Positions 37,413 through 47,771 of a stretch of 64,000 bases of DNA are shown in pieces. Within the stretch, counting starts at the first letter, position 1. Every line of letters starts with the position of its first letter. The notes beneath the pieces were generated by a model. The model saw nothing but the letters and a program-made list of their open reading frames with translations, was not told the DNA's origin and ran no database searches. The translations under genes and the position numbers were made by a program. This DNA comes from a plasmid: the sequence record NZ_CP022071.1. One strand, given 5' to 3'.

Positions 37413-38153
37413 ATGGAACAAAACCAACCAGCACAACCTTCACGACGTGCAATACTGAAACAAACTCTTGCAGTATCTGCTTTGTCTGTCACCGGGCTGG
37501 CGGCCTTATCGGTACCAACTATCTCTTTCGCCGCATCACTGAGCAAAGAGGAACGTGACGGTATGACTCCAGATGCAGTCATTGAACATTTTAAACAGGG
37601 TAACCTGCGCTTCCGGGAAAATCGCCCGGCTAAACATGATTACCTGGCACAGAAGCGCAACAGTATTGCGGGTCAGTATCCTGCTGCGGTGATCCTTAGC
37701 TGCATTGACTCACGTGCGCCGGCGGAAATTGTGCTGGATGCGGGGATCGGTGAGACGTTTAATTCCCGCGTAGCGGGTAATATCAGTAATCGCGATATGC
37801 TGGGCAGCATGGAGTTTGCCTGTGCAGTTGCCGGCGCGAAAGTAGTGCTGGTTATAGGACACACCCGCTGTGGCGCAGTACGCTGTGCTATTGATAATGC
37901 TGAACTGGGTAACCTGACGGGGCTGCTGGATGAAATTAAACCCGCGATTGCAAAAACGGAGTATAGCGGTGAGCGTAAAGGTAGCAATTATGATTTTGTC
38001 GATGCGGTGGCACGAAAAAATGTCGAGCTGACTATCGAAAACATCCGCAAAAACAGCCCGGTGCTGAAACAACTGGAAGATGAGAAGAAAATTAAAATCG
38101 TTGGCAGTATGTATCACCTTACTGGCGGTAAGGTTGAGTTTTTCGAAGTATAA
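37413..38153 (+). CDS. mig-5: Beta-class carbonic anhydrase with a Tat signal peptide
   Basis: SRRAILKQTL twin-arginine motif and CIDSR...HTRCGAV zinc ligands. The symbol is given on the assumption that this is the pSLT carbonic anhydrase. Confidence 0.9.
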   Translation: MEQNQPAQPSRRAILKQTLAVSALSVTGLAALSVPTISFAASLSKEERDGMTPDAVIEHFKQGNLRFRENRPAKHDYLAQKRNSIAGQYPAAVILSCIDSRAPAEIVLDAGIGETFNSRVAGNISNRDMLGSMEFACAVAGAKVVLVIGHTRCGAVRCAIDNAELGNLTGLLDEIKPAIAKTEYSGERKGSNYDFVDAVARKNVELTIENIRKNSPVLKQLEDEKKIKIVGSMYHLTGGKVEFFEV

Positions 38154-38261
38154 CTGAAGCAGTCCGAGTCCGAATACAGTCAGCCTCGCATTACATTAAG
38201 AGCTCATTAAATTTTCTCTGGAATGAAAATGTATTTTTTGAGTACACCCAAAACGCACAGT

Positions 38262-38282
38262 CTGGTGAGACAGTTTTTCTGT
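38262..38282. promoter_or_regulatory. Putative res (crs) resolvase-binding subsite
   Basis: tgagacag-ttttt-ctgtctca is a perfect 8-bp inverted repeat ~80 bp upstream of the resolvase gene. A further cgagacag copy lies at 38341. Confidence 0.5.
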
Positions 38283-38359
38283 CTCATTTGGGTTGTTTTT
38301 ATCCCATTCCGGTGTTACGTTTTCATCATCTAGAGTTAAACGAGACAGTTTTCACCATT

Positions 38360-38920
38360 ATGGCACTTTACGGCTATGCCCGCGTTTCAACCAGCGATCA
38401 GGATCTTACTCTGCAGACACAAATTCTCCGCGCTGCTGGTTGTGAAATTATTCGTGCAGAAAAAGCCAGCGGAAGCGGCCGGACCGGAAGGAGCGAGTTG
38501 CAGCTGCTGCTGGAGTTCCTGCGCCCTGGTGATACGTTGATGGTGACACGCGTGGATCGCCTGGCCCGCAGCATTAAGGACCTGCAGGACATTGTGTATG
38601 CCCTGAATCAACAGGGCGTAACGCTCAGGGCAACAGAACAGCCAGTGGACACGCGTTCAGCTGCAGGCAAAGCCTTCCTCGATATGCTGGGTGTTTTCGC
38701 TGAGTTTGAAACCAATCTGAGACGTGAACGCCAGATGGAAGGCATTGCCGCGGCGAAAGCCAGGGGCGTATACCGGGGAAGGAAACCGTCCATAGATCCT
38801 GCTGTGGTATATCGTCTGTATACCATTGAGAAGATGGGAGCCACAGCCATCGCCCGCCAGCTCGGGATTGGGAGGGCGTCAGTCTACCGGGCGCTGGAAA
38901 ATTATGAGCAGCCGGCGTAG
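38360..38920 (+). CDS. rsdB: Serine recombinase (resolvase/invertase family)
   Basis: MALYGYARVSTSDQDLTLQ...RVDRLARS..., with a C-terminal HTH. The symbol assumes identity with the pSLT rsd resolvase. Confidence 0.9.
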   Translation: MALYGYARVSTSDQDLTLQTQILRAAGCEIIRAEKASGSGRTGRSELQLLLEFLRPGDTLMVTRVDRLARSIKDLQDIVYALNQQGVTLRATEQPVDTRSAAGKAFLDMLGVFAEFETNLRRERQMEGIAAAKARGVYRGRKPSIDPAVVYRLYTIEKMGATAIARQLGIGRASVYRALENYEQPA

Positions 38921-40568
38921 CGCGATTCCGTCTGACTCCCTGTTGCAACTACGGCAACGGCTCGATCGCCTGCCGCCAAAAAGCCCTGAACGTGCCAATC
39001 AGATTGCCGCTACCGCCCAGCTGTATGGTATTTCAGTCACGACGGTTTATCGCGCTCTTCACCTTGTTTTGAAACCGCGAACGGCCCACCGCAGTGATCA
39101 TGGTCAACCCCGGATACTGCCACCGTCCGAGCTGGAGCATTACTGCGAACTGATTGCTGCACTGAAATTACGAACCACAAATAAATCCGGCCGCCATCTG
39201 TCGACCGGACGGGCAATACAGCTGCTGGAAGAGCATGGCGTGGAGACGGTCCAGGGATTGATTAAAAGTCCCAAAGGCTTACTTCGTAAGCAGACCGTCA
39301 ATCGCTGGCTTTCCCGCTGGCGTCTCGACCAGCCCCGCCTGTTACGGGAGCCTCCGGCGGTAAGATTTCAGGCTGAAAACAGCAATGACTGTTGGCAGTT
39401 TGATATGTCGCCATCCGATCTCAAACATATTGAGCGGCCTGACTGGGTAGATCCTGCCCGGGGCGAACCCACGCTGATGCTGTTCAGCGTAGTGGATGAC
39501 CGGAGCGGTGTCGCATACCAGGAATACCGGTGTGTGTACGGTGAGGATGCGGAATCTGCGCTGCGTTTTCTCTTTAACGCCATGGCCCCAAAAACCAGGT
39601 CTGATTTTCCTTTTCAGGGCCGCCCGAAATTGCTGTACCTCGATAATGGACCGGTGGCCAAAAACCATGTATTCCAGAATGTGATGCAGTCCCTGAAGGT
39701 TGACTGGCTGACGCATACGCCGGCAGGCAAGGACGGCACCCGGACGACGGCACGGTCCAAAGGTAAAGTTGAACGTCCTTTCCGGACCGTCAAGGAGGCA
39801 CATGAAACTCTGTACCATTTCCATAAACCGGAAACGGAGCTGCAGGCCAACGAATGGCTCTGGAACTATCTGAGCCGTTATAACGCGCAGCGTCACCGCA
39901 GCGAGAAACACTCCCGACTGGAGGACTGGCTGGCAAATATCGGCCAGGAAGGTGTGAGGGATATGTGCAGCTGGGAACAATACTGTCGGTTCGCCCGGGA
40001 GCCGGAATCCCGCAAGGTGGGTGTTGATGCGCGGATAACGATAGACGGCACCGCATGGGAAGTTGAACCGGATATGGCGGGTGAAACCGTCATTCTGCTG
40101 TGGGGGCTGTTTGACGAAGAGATGTATGTGGAGTTTACCGGTGAAACATGGGGGCCTTATTATCCGGTGTCGGGGCCTGTGCCGCTGCACCGTTACCGGA
40201 CGTTCAGACGCGGTAAAGCGGCTGAACGGGCCGATCGTATCCATGCTCTGGCCAGGCAGCTGAACATCCCCATCAGCGCATTGTCCGGCAGCGATCTCCG
40301 CGTGGTCAGTGATGACACTCAGCAGCGCATTGATGCGTTGCCACATCAGCCCTTTGATACCCGAAAATTTGAATACCACTTTCCCACCGTTATTGCGGCA
40401 AAACTGGCAATTGCCGACGATCTGGCCATACCGCTGGCCAGAATGTCGGATGAAGACCGGGCGTTTATCGACAGTATTCTGACTGAGACGCTTAACCGTA
40501 GTGAAGTACTCGCCCGCATCAGAGACTATTTTCGTAGCAGACAATCAGGAGAGGACCATGCGGGTTGA
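38904..40568 (+). CDS. tniA: TniA-type DDE transposase (Mu / Tn7 TnsB / Tn552 p480 family)
   Basis: ~555 aa with an rve-like integrase core. I placed the start at MSSRRSAIP, overlapping the resolvase stop. Confidence 0.85.
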   Translation: MSSRRSAIPSDSLLQLRQRLDRLPPKSPERANQIAATAQLYGISVTTVYRALHLVLKPRTAHRSDHGQPRILPPSELEHYCELIAALKLRTTNKSGRHLSTGRAIQLLEEHGVETVQGLIKSPKGLLRKQTVNRWLSRWRLDQPRLLREPPAVRFQAENSNDCWQFDMSPSDLKHIERPDWVDPARGEPTLMLFSVVDDRSGVAYQEYRCVYGEDAESALRFLFNAMAPKTRSDFPFQGRPKLLYLDNGPVAKNHVFQNVMQSLKVDWLTHTPAGKDGTRTTARSKGKVERPFRTVKEAHETLYHFHKPETELQANEWLWNYLSRYNAQRHRSEKHSRLEDWLANIGQEGVRDMCSWEQYCRFAREPESRKVGVDARITIDGTAWEVEPDMAGETVILLWGLFDEEMYVEFTGETWGPYYPVSGPVPLHRYRTFRRGKAAERADRIHALARQLNIPISALSGSDLRVVSDDTQQRIDALPHQPFDTRKFEYHFPTVIAAKLAIADDLAIPLARMSDEDRAFIDSILTETLNRSEVLARIRDYFRSRQSGEDHAG

Positions 40569-41526
40569 AGTGATGGAGCATTATGGACTGACGCAGTCTA
40601 TTGAACAGGCCGGGTATTATGAAACTGCCCACCATAAGCAGCTGATGAAAGACATTAAGGGTGCGATACGCGAAGGACGACTGATAGCGGTCTGTGGCGT
40701 GGTGGGAAGCGGTAAAACCGTCACTCTGCGACGCCTGCAGCAGCAACTGCTGGATGAAAATAAAATCATTGTCGCCCGCTCCCTGTCGGTGGACAAACAG
40801 AGTGTCCGGCTCGCCACGCTGATTAATGCCCTGTTTTATGACCTGGCACAGGATAAACAGGTGCAGATCCACAAACAAGGTGAACGCCGCGAGCGTGAGC
40901 TGCAGGAACTGGTCAAAAAAGGCAAACGCCCGGTGGCGCTGTTTGTTGATGAAGCCCATGACCTGAACGGTAATACACTAACGGGGCTCAAACGGCTGAT
41001 GGAAGTGGTTGAAGACGGCGGTGGTAGGCTGTCCGTCGTTCTGGCCGGTCACCCAAAACTGCGTAATGACCTGCGTCGTCCGACGATGGAGGAAATTGGC
41101 TATCGTACCGATATTTTTACACTGGACGGGATCACCGGCAGTCAGCGTGAATATATCCAGTGGCTGCTGAAGACCAGCACCGGTAAGGGTAAGCCGGAAG
41201 ATATTCTAACGACCGAAGCCGTTGACCTGCTGGCGATGAAACTGCGAACACCGCTGCAGGTCCAGTTGCACCTGACGCTGGCGATGGAAGCAGGATACCA
41301 GACGGGCGAAAAACCGATTACTGCCACTCTGGTTGAATCCGTGCTGTCACGTCAGCTGGATGACCTGGAGCCGACGCTCACGCGACATGGTTACCGGCTG
41401 AAGGATATGGTGGAGCAGTTCGATGCAAAACCAGCTGAAATCAGGGCATTATTTAATAATCAGTTAGACCCTGCCCGCACGGCCGAACTACGCGACAGAA
41501 TGCTGGCGGTCGGTCTGCCAATATGA
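40558..41526 (+). CDS. tniB: TniB AAA+ transposition ATPase
   Basis: Walker A GVVGSGKT and Walker B LFVDEAH. The RBS aggag precedes the ATG at 40558. Confidence 0.85.
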   Translation: MRVEVMEHYGLTQSIEQAGYYETAHHKQLMKDIKGAIREGRLIAVCGVVGSGKTVTLRRLQQQLLDENKIIVARSLSVDKQSVRLATLINALFYDLAQDKQVQIHKQGERRERELQELVKKGKRPVALFVDEAHDLNGNTLTGLKRLMEVVEDGGGRLSVVLAGHPKLRNDLRRPTMEEIGYRTDIFTLDGITGSQREYIQWLLKTSTGKGKPEDILTTEAVDLLAMKLRTPLQVQLHLTLAMEAGYQTGEKPITATLVESVLSRQLDDLEPTLTRHGYRLKDMVEQFDAKPAEIRALFNNQLDPARTAELRDRMLAVGLPI

Positions 41527-41702
41527 CGATGTTGATTTGCAGTTATTGTGAGCCCGGTGGAATGGATTGCGAGCCGGGCAGGATAAATGCGAGCCCATTA
41601 TCACCTAATGTGAGCCGGTGGCGTTTTTCATTTGCAGTTAATGTGAGCCAAAATTGGCGCTGATTGCGAGTCGGGGGGATTTCGATTGCGAGCCGCTACA
41701 AA

Positions 41703-42863
41703 TAGCTTCGCATATTACCGCTCCACTTTAGCCAGACCCTGTTGATTGCCGGGAAACAGTGAAGCGGCATTCATAAATTGTGCTACCTGTTTCAGTAACT
41801 GCCACATGTACCGACACTGATGATTTCTCGTTATGGTTTCGTGTAACGACAACCACAGTCGCTCTATCGGATTCAGCCACGGCGAATACATCGGCAGGAA
41901 CAGCAACCGGAACTTCGGGTTTTCTTCCAGCCAGCGTTCCACTTTGCGGCTTTTATGGATGATGTAGTTATCCGCCACCAGTGTGATGGTTTTCGCCCGC
42001 CTGTATGTACGGCGTAACGTTTCTAACAGACTGATAAATAAATCAGAACTCTTGCTGCTGCCACTGACGTAGTGAACCCGTCCCGTACCTGAATGCAGTG
42101 CGCCTGCCAGATAATGCTTCTGGTTCTGTCCCGGCGTGGCGATGCGTTTCTGTTGCCCTTTGGGCATCCAGTCAGCGCCAATTTTTGGGTTCAGGTCGAT
42201 GTCGACTTCATCCTGATAAAACACAGGATGTGCAGTCTGCTCCTGAGCCAGCGCCTGATCAATGACAAGCCGTTTTTCTTCATAGTGCGGATCTTTGATT
42301 TTCAGCGTTGGCGCTGCCCTGCGCCAGACCATATCTGCCTGCCTCAGATATCGGTGCAGGGTGGAGCGGTGCAGCGTCACATCAAAAAGTCGGTTGATGA
42401 CGAGTGCCAGAAGCTCCGTGCTCCAGCGTGAGCGCAGCCAGCCAAAATCCTTCGGGGAACGCTGTACCAATAGTGGCAAGAGCTGAAGGATATCAGCGAC
42501 CGGCCAGCGTGGAGCACGTCCGGGTCTGAGGCTTTTTAGTCCTTCAACACCATGTAAAGTAAACCAGTTTATCCATCGACCAACGGATGAACGGGCGGCA
42601 CAGAGTAATCTGGCAACGTCAGTGACGGTCATTCCCTGATGCAGCATCAGCATGGCGATAAGCCGTCGCGCATGGTTTTTATCGTGGGTTTGTTGGGCCT
42701 CTTTGCGCATCAGTTGTCGTTCTTCATCAGGAATTGCTGCTATGATCGGCATCGCTCAGTCCGGTTGGTGATTTGTGATGTTTGGCGATTGATCAGATCG
42801 CACAATCCGGGCTGAGTTCCCTTTCAGTGATCTACTATTTTGCGAAGCTATTTAGTGCACACT
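41703..42863 (-). mobile_element. IS630-family insertion sequence abutting the transposon's right end
   Basis: Terminal inverted repeats aaatagcttcgca (41701-41713) and tgcgaagctattt (42851-42863) enclose one transposase gene. Confidence 0.75.
41715..42752 (-). CDS. IS630-family transposase
   Basis: 345 aa with an N-terminal HTH and a DDE domain. Confidence 0.9.
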   Translation of the reverse strand: MPIIAAIPDEERQLMRKEAQQTHDKNHARRLIAMLMLHQGMTVTDVARLLCAARSSVGRWINWFTLHGVEGLKSLRPGRAPRWPVADILQLLPLLVQRSPKDFGWLRSRWSTELLALVINRLFDVTLHRSTLHRYLRQADMVWRRAAPTLKIKDPHYEEKRLVIDQALAQEQTAHPVFYQDEVDIDLNPKIGADWMPKGQQKRIATPGQNQKHYLAGALHSGTGRVHYVSGSSKSSDLFISLLETLRRTYRRAKTITLVADNYIIHKSRKVERWLEENPKFRLLFLPMYSPWLNPIERLWLSLHETITRNHQCRYMWQLLKQVAQFMNAASLFPGNQQGLAKVER

Positions 42864-43361
42864 AATCGATTTTTCAGACAACCTTTCTCGCCTGGCGTGA
42901 GTTTTCGTTCGACTGAACCTATAAAAAGGCTCTGCATTCTGTCCTGTAGTGCGCCAGGCCTAATAACGCCTCCCGTTTAATTCCGGCCCGGTCGTACATC
43001 GGTTCTGTTCATTTATGGGATCGCGACTTTTTCGTTGTAATGCTTCAAGAGCGATTTTTTGTTCTGCGGTCAACTCAACATTCATAGCCATCAGCATGAT
43101 CCTGATTATTTTTGAAACCAAGCATCTTCATTGATCATGGGTATACATCGTTGTTATCCAGCTATACATCATAACAGGTCAATTAAATCCACTCAGAAAT
43201 AAAGTCAGGGTATGCATAAAATCTATCGCCCATAATCCTATCCAGTAACCCCATGATTAGTAAGAACTAATCAGTCTGTGCAAAAACAGGTCACCGCCAT
43301 CCTGTTTTTGCACATCAAAACATTTTTTTCAGGATTATTCTGAAAAAAAAAAGGAGATATT

Positions 43362-44255
43362 ATGGATTTCTTGATTAATAAAAAATTAAAAATTTTCATA
43401 ACACTGATGGAAACAGGTTCCTTCAGTATCGCAACATCAGTACTGTATATCACCCGAACCCCGCTGAGCAGGGTTATTTCAGACCTGGAAAGAGAGCTGA
43501 AACAAAGACTCTTTATACGGAAGAATGGCACTCTTATCCCAACCGAATTTGCACAAACTATTTATCGAAAAGTAAAATCCCATTATATTTTCTTACATGC
43601 ACTGGAGCAGGAAATCGGACCTACGGGTAAAACGAAACAACTAGAAATAATATTTGACGAAATTTATCCGGGAAGTTTAAAAAATCTGATCATTTCAGCA
43701 CTGACCATTTCCGGCCAAAAAACAAATATAATGGGGAGAGCCGTTAACAGCCAAATAATAGAAGAACTGTGTCAGACAAACAACTGCATTGTTATTTCTG
43801 CCAGAAATTATTTTCATCGGGAATCGCTTGTCTGCCGGACATCAGTGGAGGGTGGGGTCATGTTATTTATTCCTAAAAAATTCTTTCTCTGCGGCAAACC
43901 TGATATCAACAGGCTGGCCGGAACACCTGTACTTTTTCATGAGGGGGCTAAAAATTTTAATCTGGACACCATATACCATTTTTTTGAACAGACACTAGGT
44001 ATTACCAACCCTGCATTCAGTTTTGATAACGTCGATTTGTTCAGTTCACTGTACCGGTTACAACAAGGGCTGGCGATGTTACTCATCCCCGTCAGAGTCT
44101 GTCGGGCTCTGGGATTATCAACAGATCACGCACTGCACATCAAAGGCGTAGCGCTCTGTACCTCCTTGTATTACCCGACCAAGAAACGGGAGACACCAGA
44201 TTATCGTAAAGCTATAAAACTGATACAGCAGGAACTGAAACAGTCCACCTTCTGA
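43362..44255 (+). CDS. spvR: LysR-family regulator SpvR
   Basis: 297 aa. N-terminal HTH, low-GC gene, immediately upstream of spvABCD. Confidence 0.9.
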   Translation: MDFLINKKLKIFITLMETGSFSIATSVLYITRTPLSRVISDLERELKQRLFIRKNGTLIPTEFAQTIYRKVKSHYIFLHALEQEIGPTGKTKQLEIIFDEIYPGSLKNLIISALTISGQKTNIMGRAVNSQIIEELCQTNNCIVISARNYFHRESLVCRTSVEGGVMLFIPKKFFLCGKPDINRLAGTPVLFHEGAKNFNLDTIYHFFEQTLGITNPAFSFDNVDLFSSLYRLQQGLAMLLIPVRVCRALGLSTDHALHIKGVALCTSLYYPTKKRETPDYRKAIKLIQQELKQSTF

Positions 44256-44299
44256 CCTTATGCAGCGTAAGGGCCGCAACACCTGTATTCACGGCATTT

Positions 44300-44593
44300 G
44301 CCAGATTCAGATTGTCAGCAATCCCCATCCTCCATAGCGGTAGTTCACCGCGGAGCATGGAGTAAACCGGCTGGTCGCCGTCAATCTGACACAGAATCAG
44401 TTTGATGCTCTGGTGGATTACCTAAAACATGGGCATTAACGCGCTGGCTCACGCCACTTTACTGAAGAAACTGAATAACGGTGACTATGACGGCGCAGCG
44501 AATGAATTCCTGAAATGGGACCACGCCAGCGGTCAGGTTGTTCCCGGCCTGACCCGACGCCGGAGCGCTGAACGTTGTTTATTCCTGAGTTAA
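44300..44593 (+). pseudogene. Decayed phage (P22 gene 19 / T4-type) lysozyme remnant within the spvR-spvA intergenic region
   Basis: Frame 1 gives AEHGVNRLVAVNLTQNQFDALVDYLKHGH*; a shifted frame gives INALAHATLLKKLNNGDYDGAANEFLKWDHASGQVVPGLTRRRSAERCLFLS*. These match the lysozyme motifs PLNQNQYDAL and ...RRRRERALFLS. Confidence 0.5.
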
Positions 44594-44766
44594 TTTGTTG
44601 TGCCATCTTTGCACACCGGGAACCGCGATTCCGCACAGCAGAAAAATAGCACATAAATAAACTCAATATAAGCCACTCATTTTCTGGCAATACAAAATAA
44701 TTCCCCTGCAGACATTATCAGTCTTCAGGATTTCATTCTGTTTATTTTCAGGAGTCATCATTATTT

Positions 44767-45534
44767 ATGAATATGAATCAGACCACCAGTCCGGCACTTT
44801 CACAGGTCGAAACCGCCATCCGGGTCCCGGCAGGGAATTTTGCAAAATATAATTATTATTCCGTGTTTGATATTGTCCGTCAGACCCGTAAACAGTTTAT
44901 TAACGCCAATATGTCATGGCCGGGCTCCCGCGGAGGTAAAACCTGGGACCTGGCGATGGGCCAGGCGCAGTATATCCGCTGCATGTTCCGAGAAAATCAA
45001 TTGACCCGCAGAGTTCGGGGGACCTTGCAGCAGACACCGGACAATGGCACGAACCTGAGCAGTTCCGCTGTCGGCGGTATTCAGGGACAGGCAGAGCGTC
45101 GGCCGGACCTGGCCACCCTGATGGTGGTTAATGATGCCATTAACCAGCAAATACCGACCCTGCTGCCGTATCATTTTCCACACGACCAGGTGGAGTTATC
45201 TCTGCTGAATACCGATGTGTCGCTGGAAGATATTATCAGCGAGAGCAGCATTGACTGGCCGTGGTTCCTGAGCAACTCGCTGACCGGCGATAACAGTAAC
45301 TATGCCATGGAGCTCGCCAGCCGGCTGTCACCAGAGCAGCAGACACTGCCGACCGAGCCGGACAACAGTACCGCCACTGACCTGACCTCTTTTTACCAGA
45401 CCAATCTGGGGCTGAAAACCGCCGACTATACGCCATTTGAAGCACTGAATACCTTTGCCCGACAGTTAGCGATTACCGTTCCCCCAGGTGGAACAGTTGA
45501 TTGCGGGTACTCTGCGTGCCAGCCGGCAGTTTAG
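44767..45534 (+). CDS. spvA: SpvA
   Basis: 255 aa, the first gene after the long spvR-dependent promoter region. Confidence 0.85.
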   Translation: MNMNQTTSPALSQVETAIRVPAGNFAKYNYYSVFDIVRQTRKQFINANMSWPGSRGGKTWDLAMGQAQYIRCMFRENQLTRRVRGTLQQTPDNGTNLSSSAVGGIQGQAERRPDLATLMVVNDAINQQIPTLLPYHFPHDQVELSLLNTDVSLEDIISESSIDWPWFLSNSLTGDNSNYAMELASRLSPEQQTLPTEPDNSTATDLTSFYQTNLGLKTADYTPFEALNTFARQLAITVPPGGTVDCGYSACQPAV

Positions 45535-45715
45535 CTTCCCGCGCTACCAGAGTAGTGAGCAGCAGACCATTCTGCAGAATCTGAGCGACGTCATTGTTCA
45601 GGTGCATTCTACCGCGCTGTACGGCGGCAGCACTTTTGAACAGGCCGTAGAGCAGACGCTGTAAGCAGAAAATATACCTGGCCATCGTCAGACGGCCAGT
45701 TTCAGGAGATAGTGT

Positions 45716-47491
45716 ATGTTGATACTAAATGGTTTTTCATCTGCCACTTTAGCGCTGATCACTCCCCCTTTCCTGCCAAAAGGGGGCAAGGCGCTGAGTC
45801 AGTCAGGCCCTGACGGCCTAGCCAGTATAACGCTGCCTCTGCCCATCAGCGCCGAACGCGGCTTTGCGCCTGCGCTGGCGCTGCACTACAGCAGCGGTGG
45901 CGGCAATGGCCCCTTCGGCGTGGGCTGGTCCTGCGCGACAATGAGCATTGCCCGCCGCACCAGCCATGGCGTGCCGCAGTATAACGACAGCGATGAGTTT
46001 CTGGGGCCGGACGGAGAAGTGCTGGTTCAAACGCTCAGCACCGGTGATGCCCCCAATCCCGTCACCTGCTTCGCGTACGGTGACGTATCGTTCCCGCAAA
46101 GCTACACGGTGACCCGCTATCAGCCCCGCACGGAGAGCAGTTTTTATCGCCTAGAGTACTGGGTGGGCAACAGCAACGGCGATGATTTCTGGTTACTGCA
46201 TGACAGTAACGGCATCCTGCACCTGCTGGGGAAAACCGCCGCAGCACGCCTCAGCGATCCGCAGGCCGCCTCTCATACGGCGCAATGGCTGGTTGAGGAG
46301 TCGGTGACCCCTGCCGGCGAGCATATCTATTACTCCTACTTGGCGGAGAACGGTGACAATGTGGACCTCAATGGGAACGAGGCCGGACGCGATCGCAGCG
46401 CCATGCGCTATCTCAGCAAGGTACAGTATGGCAACGCGACCCCCGCCGCCGATCTGTACCTCTGGACTAGCGCCACACCCGCGGTACAGTGGCTGTTCAC
46501 CCTAGTGTTTGACTACGGCGAACGTGGTGTAGATCCACAGGTACCGCCTGCATTCACTGCTCAGAACAGCTGGCTCGCCCGCCAGGATCCCTTCTCCCTG
46601 TATAACTACGGCTTTGAGATCCGCCTCCATCGCCTGTGCCGCCAAGTCCTGATGTTCCACCACTTTCCTGATGAACTGGGTGAAGCCGATACGCTGGTTT
46701 CCCGTCTGCTGCTGGAGTATGACGAAAATCCGATACTGACACAGCTTTGCGCTGCTCGGACGCTGGCCTATGAAGGCGACGGTTATAGAAGAGCTCCTGT
46801 CAACAATATGATGCCACCGCCACCGCCTCCTCCGATGATGGGAGGTAATTCATCTCGACCAAAATCAAAATGGGCGATTGTAGAGGAATCAAAGCAGATT
46901 CAAGCTCTGAGGTACTATTCAGCTCAAGGGTACAGTGTGATTAATAAATATTTACGTGGGGATGATTATCCTGAAACACAGGCAAAAGAAACTCTGCTCT
47001 CCAGAGACTATCTTTCCACAAATGAACCCAGTGATGAGGAGTTTAAAAATGCCATGTCAGTTTATATAAATGATATTGCGGAGGGATTAAGTTCACTTCC
47101 CGAAACAGATCACAGAGTCGTATACCGGGGCCTGAAGCTTGATAAGCCCGCATTATCGGATGTGCTGAAGGAATACACTACTATAGGTAATATAATAATA
47201 GATAAAGCTTTTATGAGTACATCGCCAGATAAGGCATGGATAAATGACACTATTCTCAACATATACCTAGAAAAAGGACATAAAGGTAGAATACTCGGAG
47301 ATGTTGCACATTTTAAGGGAGAGGCAGAGATGCTTTTCCCTCCAAATACTAAACTCAAAATCGAAAGCATTGTAAATTGTGGATCCCAAGACTTTGCAAG
47401 CCAGCTTAGTAAGCTGAGATTAAGTGATGATGCAACTGCTGACACAAACAGGATAAAAAGAATAATAAACATGAGGGTACTCAACTCATAG
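45716..47491 (+). CDS. spvB: SpvB actin ADP-ribosyltransferase
   Basis: 591 aa. N-terminal TcaC-like domain, PPPPPPP linker at ~aa 367-373, and a C-terminal ART domain (...YRGLKLDKP...STS...EAEMLF). Confidence 0.95.
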   Translation: MLILNGFSSATLALITPPFLPKGGKALSQSGPDGLASITLPLPISAERGFAPALALHYSSGGGNGPFGVGWSCATMSIARRTSHGVPQYNDSDEFLGPDGEVLVQTLSTGDAPNPVTCFAYGDVSFPQSYTVTRYQPRTESSFYRLEYWVGNSNGDDFWLLHDSNGILHLLGKTAAARLSDPQAASHTAQWLVEESVTPAGEHIYYSYLAENGDNVDLNGNEAGRDRSAMRYLSKVQYGNATPAADLYLWTSATPAVQWLFTLVFDYGERGVDPQVPPAFTAQNSWLARQDPFSLYNYGFEIRLHRLCRQVLMFHHFPDELGEADTLVSRLLLEYDENPILTQLCAARTLAYEGDGYRRAPVNNMMPPPPPPPMMGGNSSRPKSKWAIVEESKQIQALRYYSAQGYSVINKYLRGDDYPETQAKETLLSRDYLSTNEPSDEEFKNAMSVYINDIAEGLSSLPETDHRVVYRGLKLDKPALSDVLKEYTTIGNIIIDKAFMSTSPDKAWINDTILNIYLEKGHKGRILGDVAHFKGEAEMLFPPNTKLKIESIVNCGSQDFASQLSKLRLSDDATADTNRIKRIINMRVLNS

Positions 47492-47771
47492 ATACTAAGA
47501 ATCTATTCCAGAAGTGGTATGAGCGGCCTAGCTCTATAAGGGGTTATACTCCGGAACCCCAGATTTTTCCGTCACCCTAGGCCCGCAAAGTAGTGCATCT
47601 AAACTTTTGCCATTACCCTTCTTTAACTTTCTGCTCGGAACGGACCGAAATATCATTTTTTCGCCTGATAAAAAATGAGGTTTTCTGGATAACTAATCGT
47701 TTTATTAAAAAAAACTGAGAATTTATATCTAATAATATGGCGATATATCCATATCGCAAAGGAGATTTCCC

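Larger units (their letters stand above)
37080..41702 (+). mobile_element. Tn552/Tn5053-like TniA/TniB transposon (~4.6 kb) with ~172-bp terminal inverted repeats, a resolvase plus res site, and a carbonic-anhydrase cargo
   Basis: IRL 37080-37252 and IRR 41530-41702 are >90% identical inverted copies, each carrying about six GGCTCRCAWT repeats. Internal genes are a carbonic anhydrase, a serine resolvase, tniA and tniB; there is no tniQ. Confidence 0.75.

Noticed and set aside
39342-40544. 400-aa minus-strand ORF
   Set aside because: Antisense to tniA, which has clear transposase features on the plus strand.
37075-41707. 5-bp target-site duplication flanking the Tn552-like element
   Set aside because: Flanks read cctag / aatag, or ctagt / aatag, depending on the exact terminus. 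No exact direct repeat, so I do not claim a TSD.
43271-43531. 86-aa minus-strand ORF
   Set aside because: Overlaps the spvR start in AT-rich DNA. spvR on the plus strand is the supported gene.
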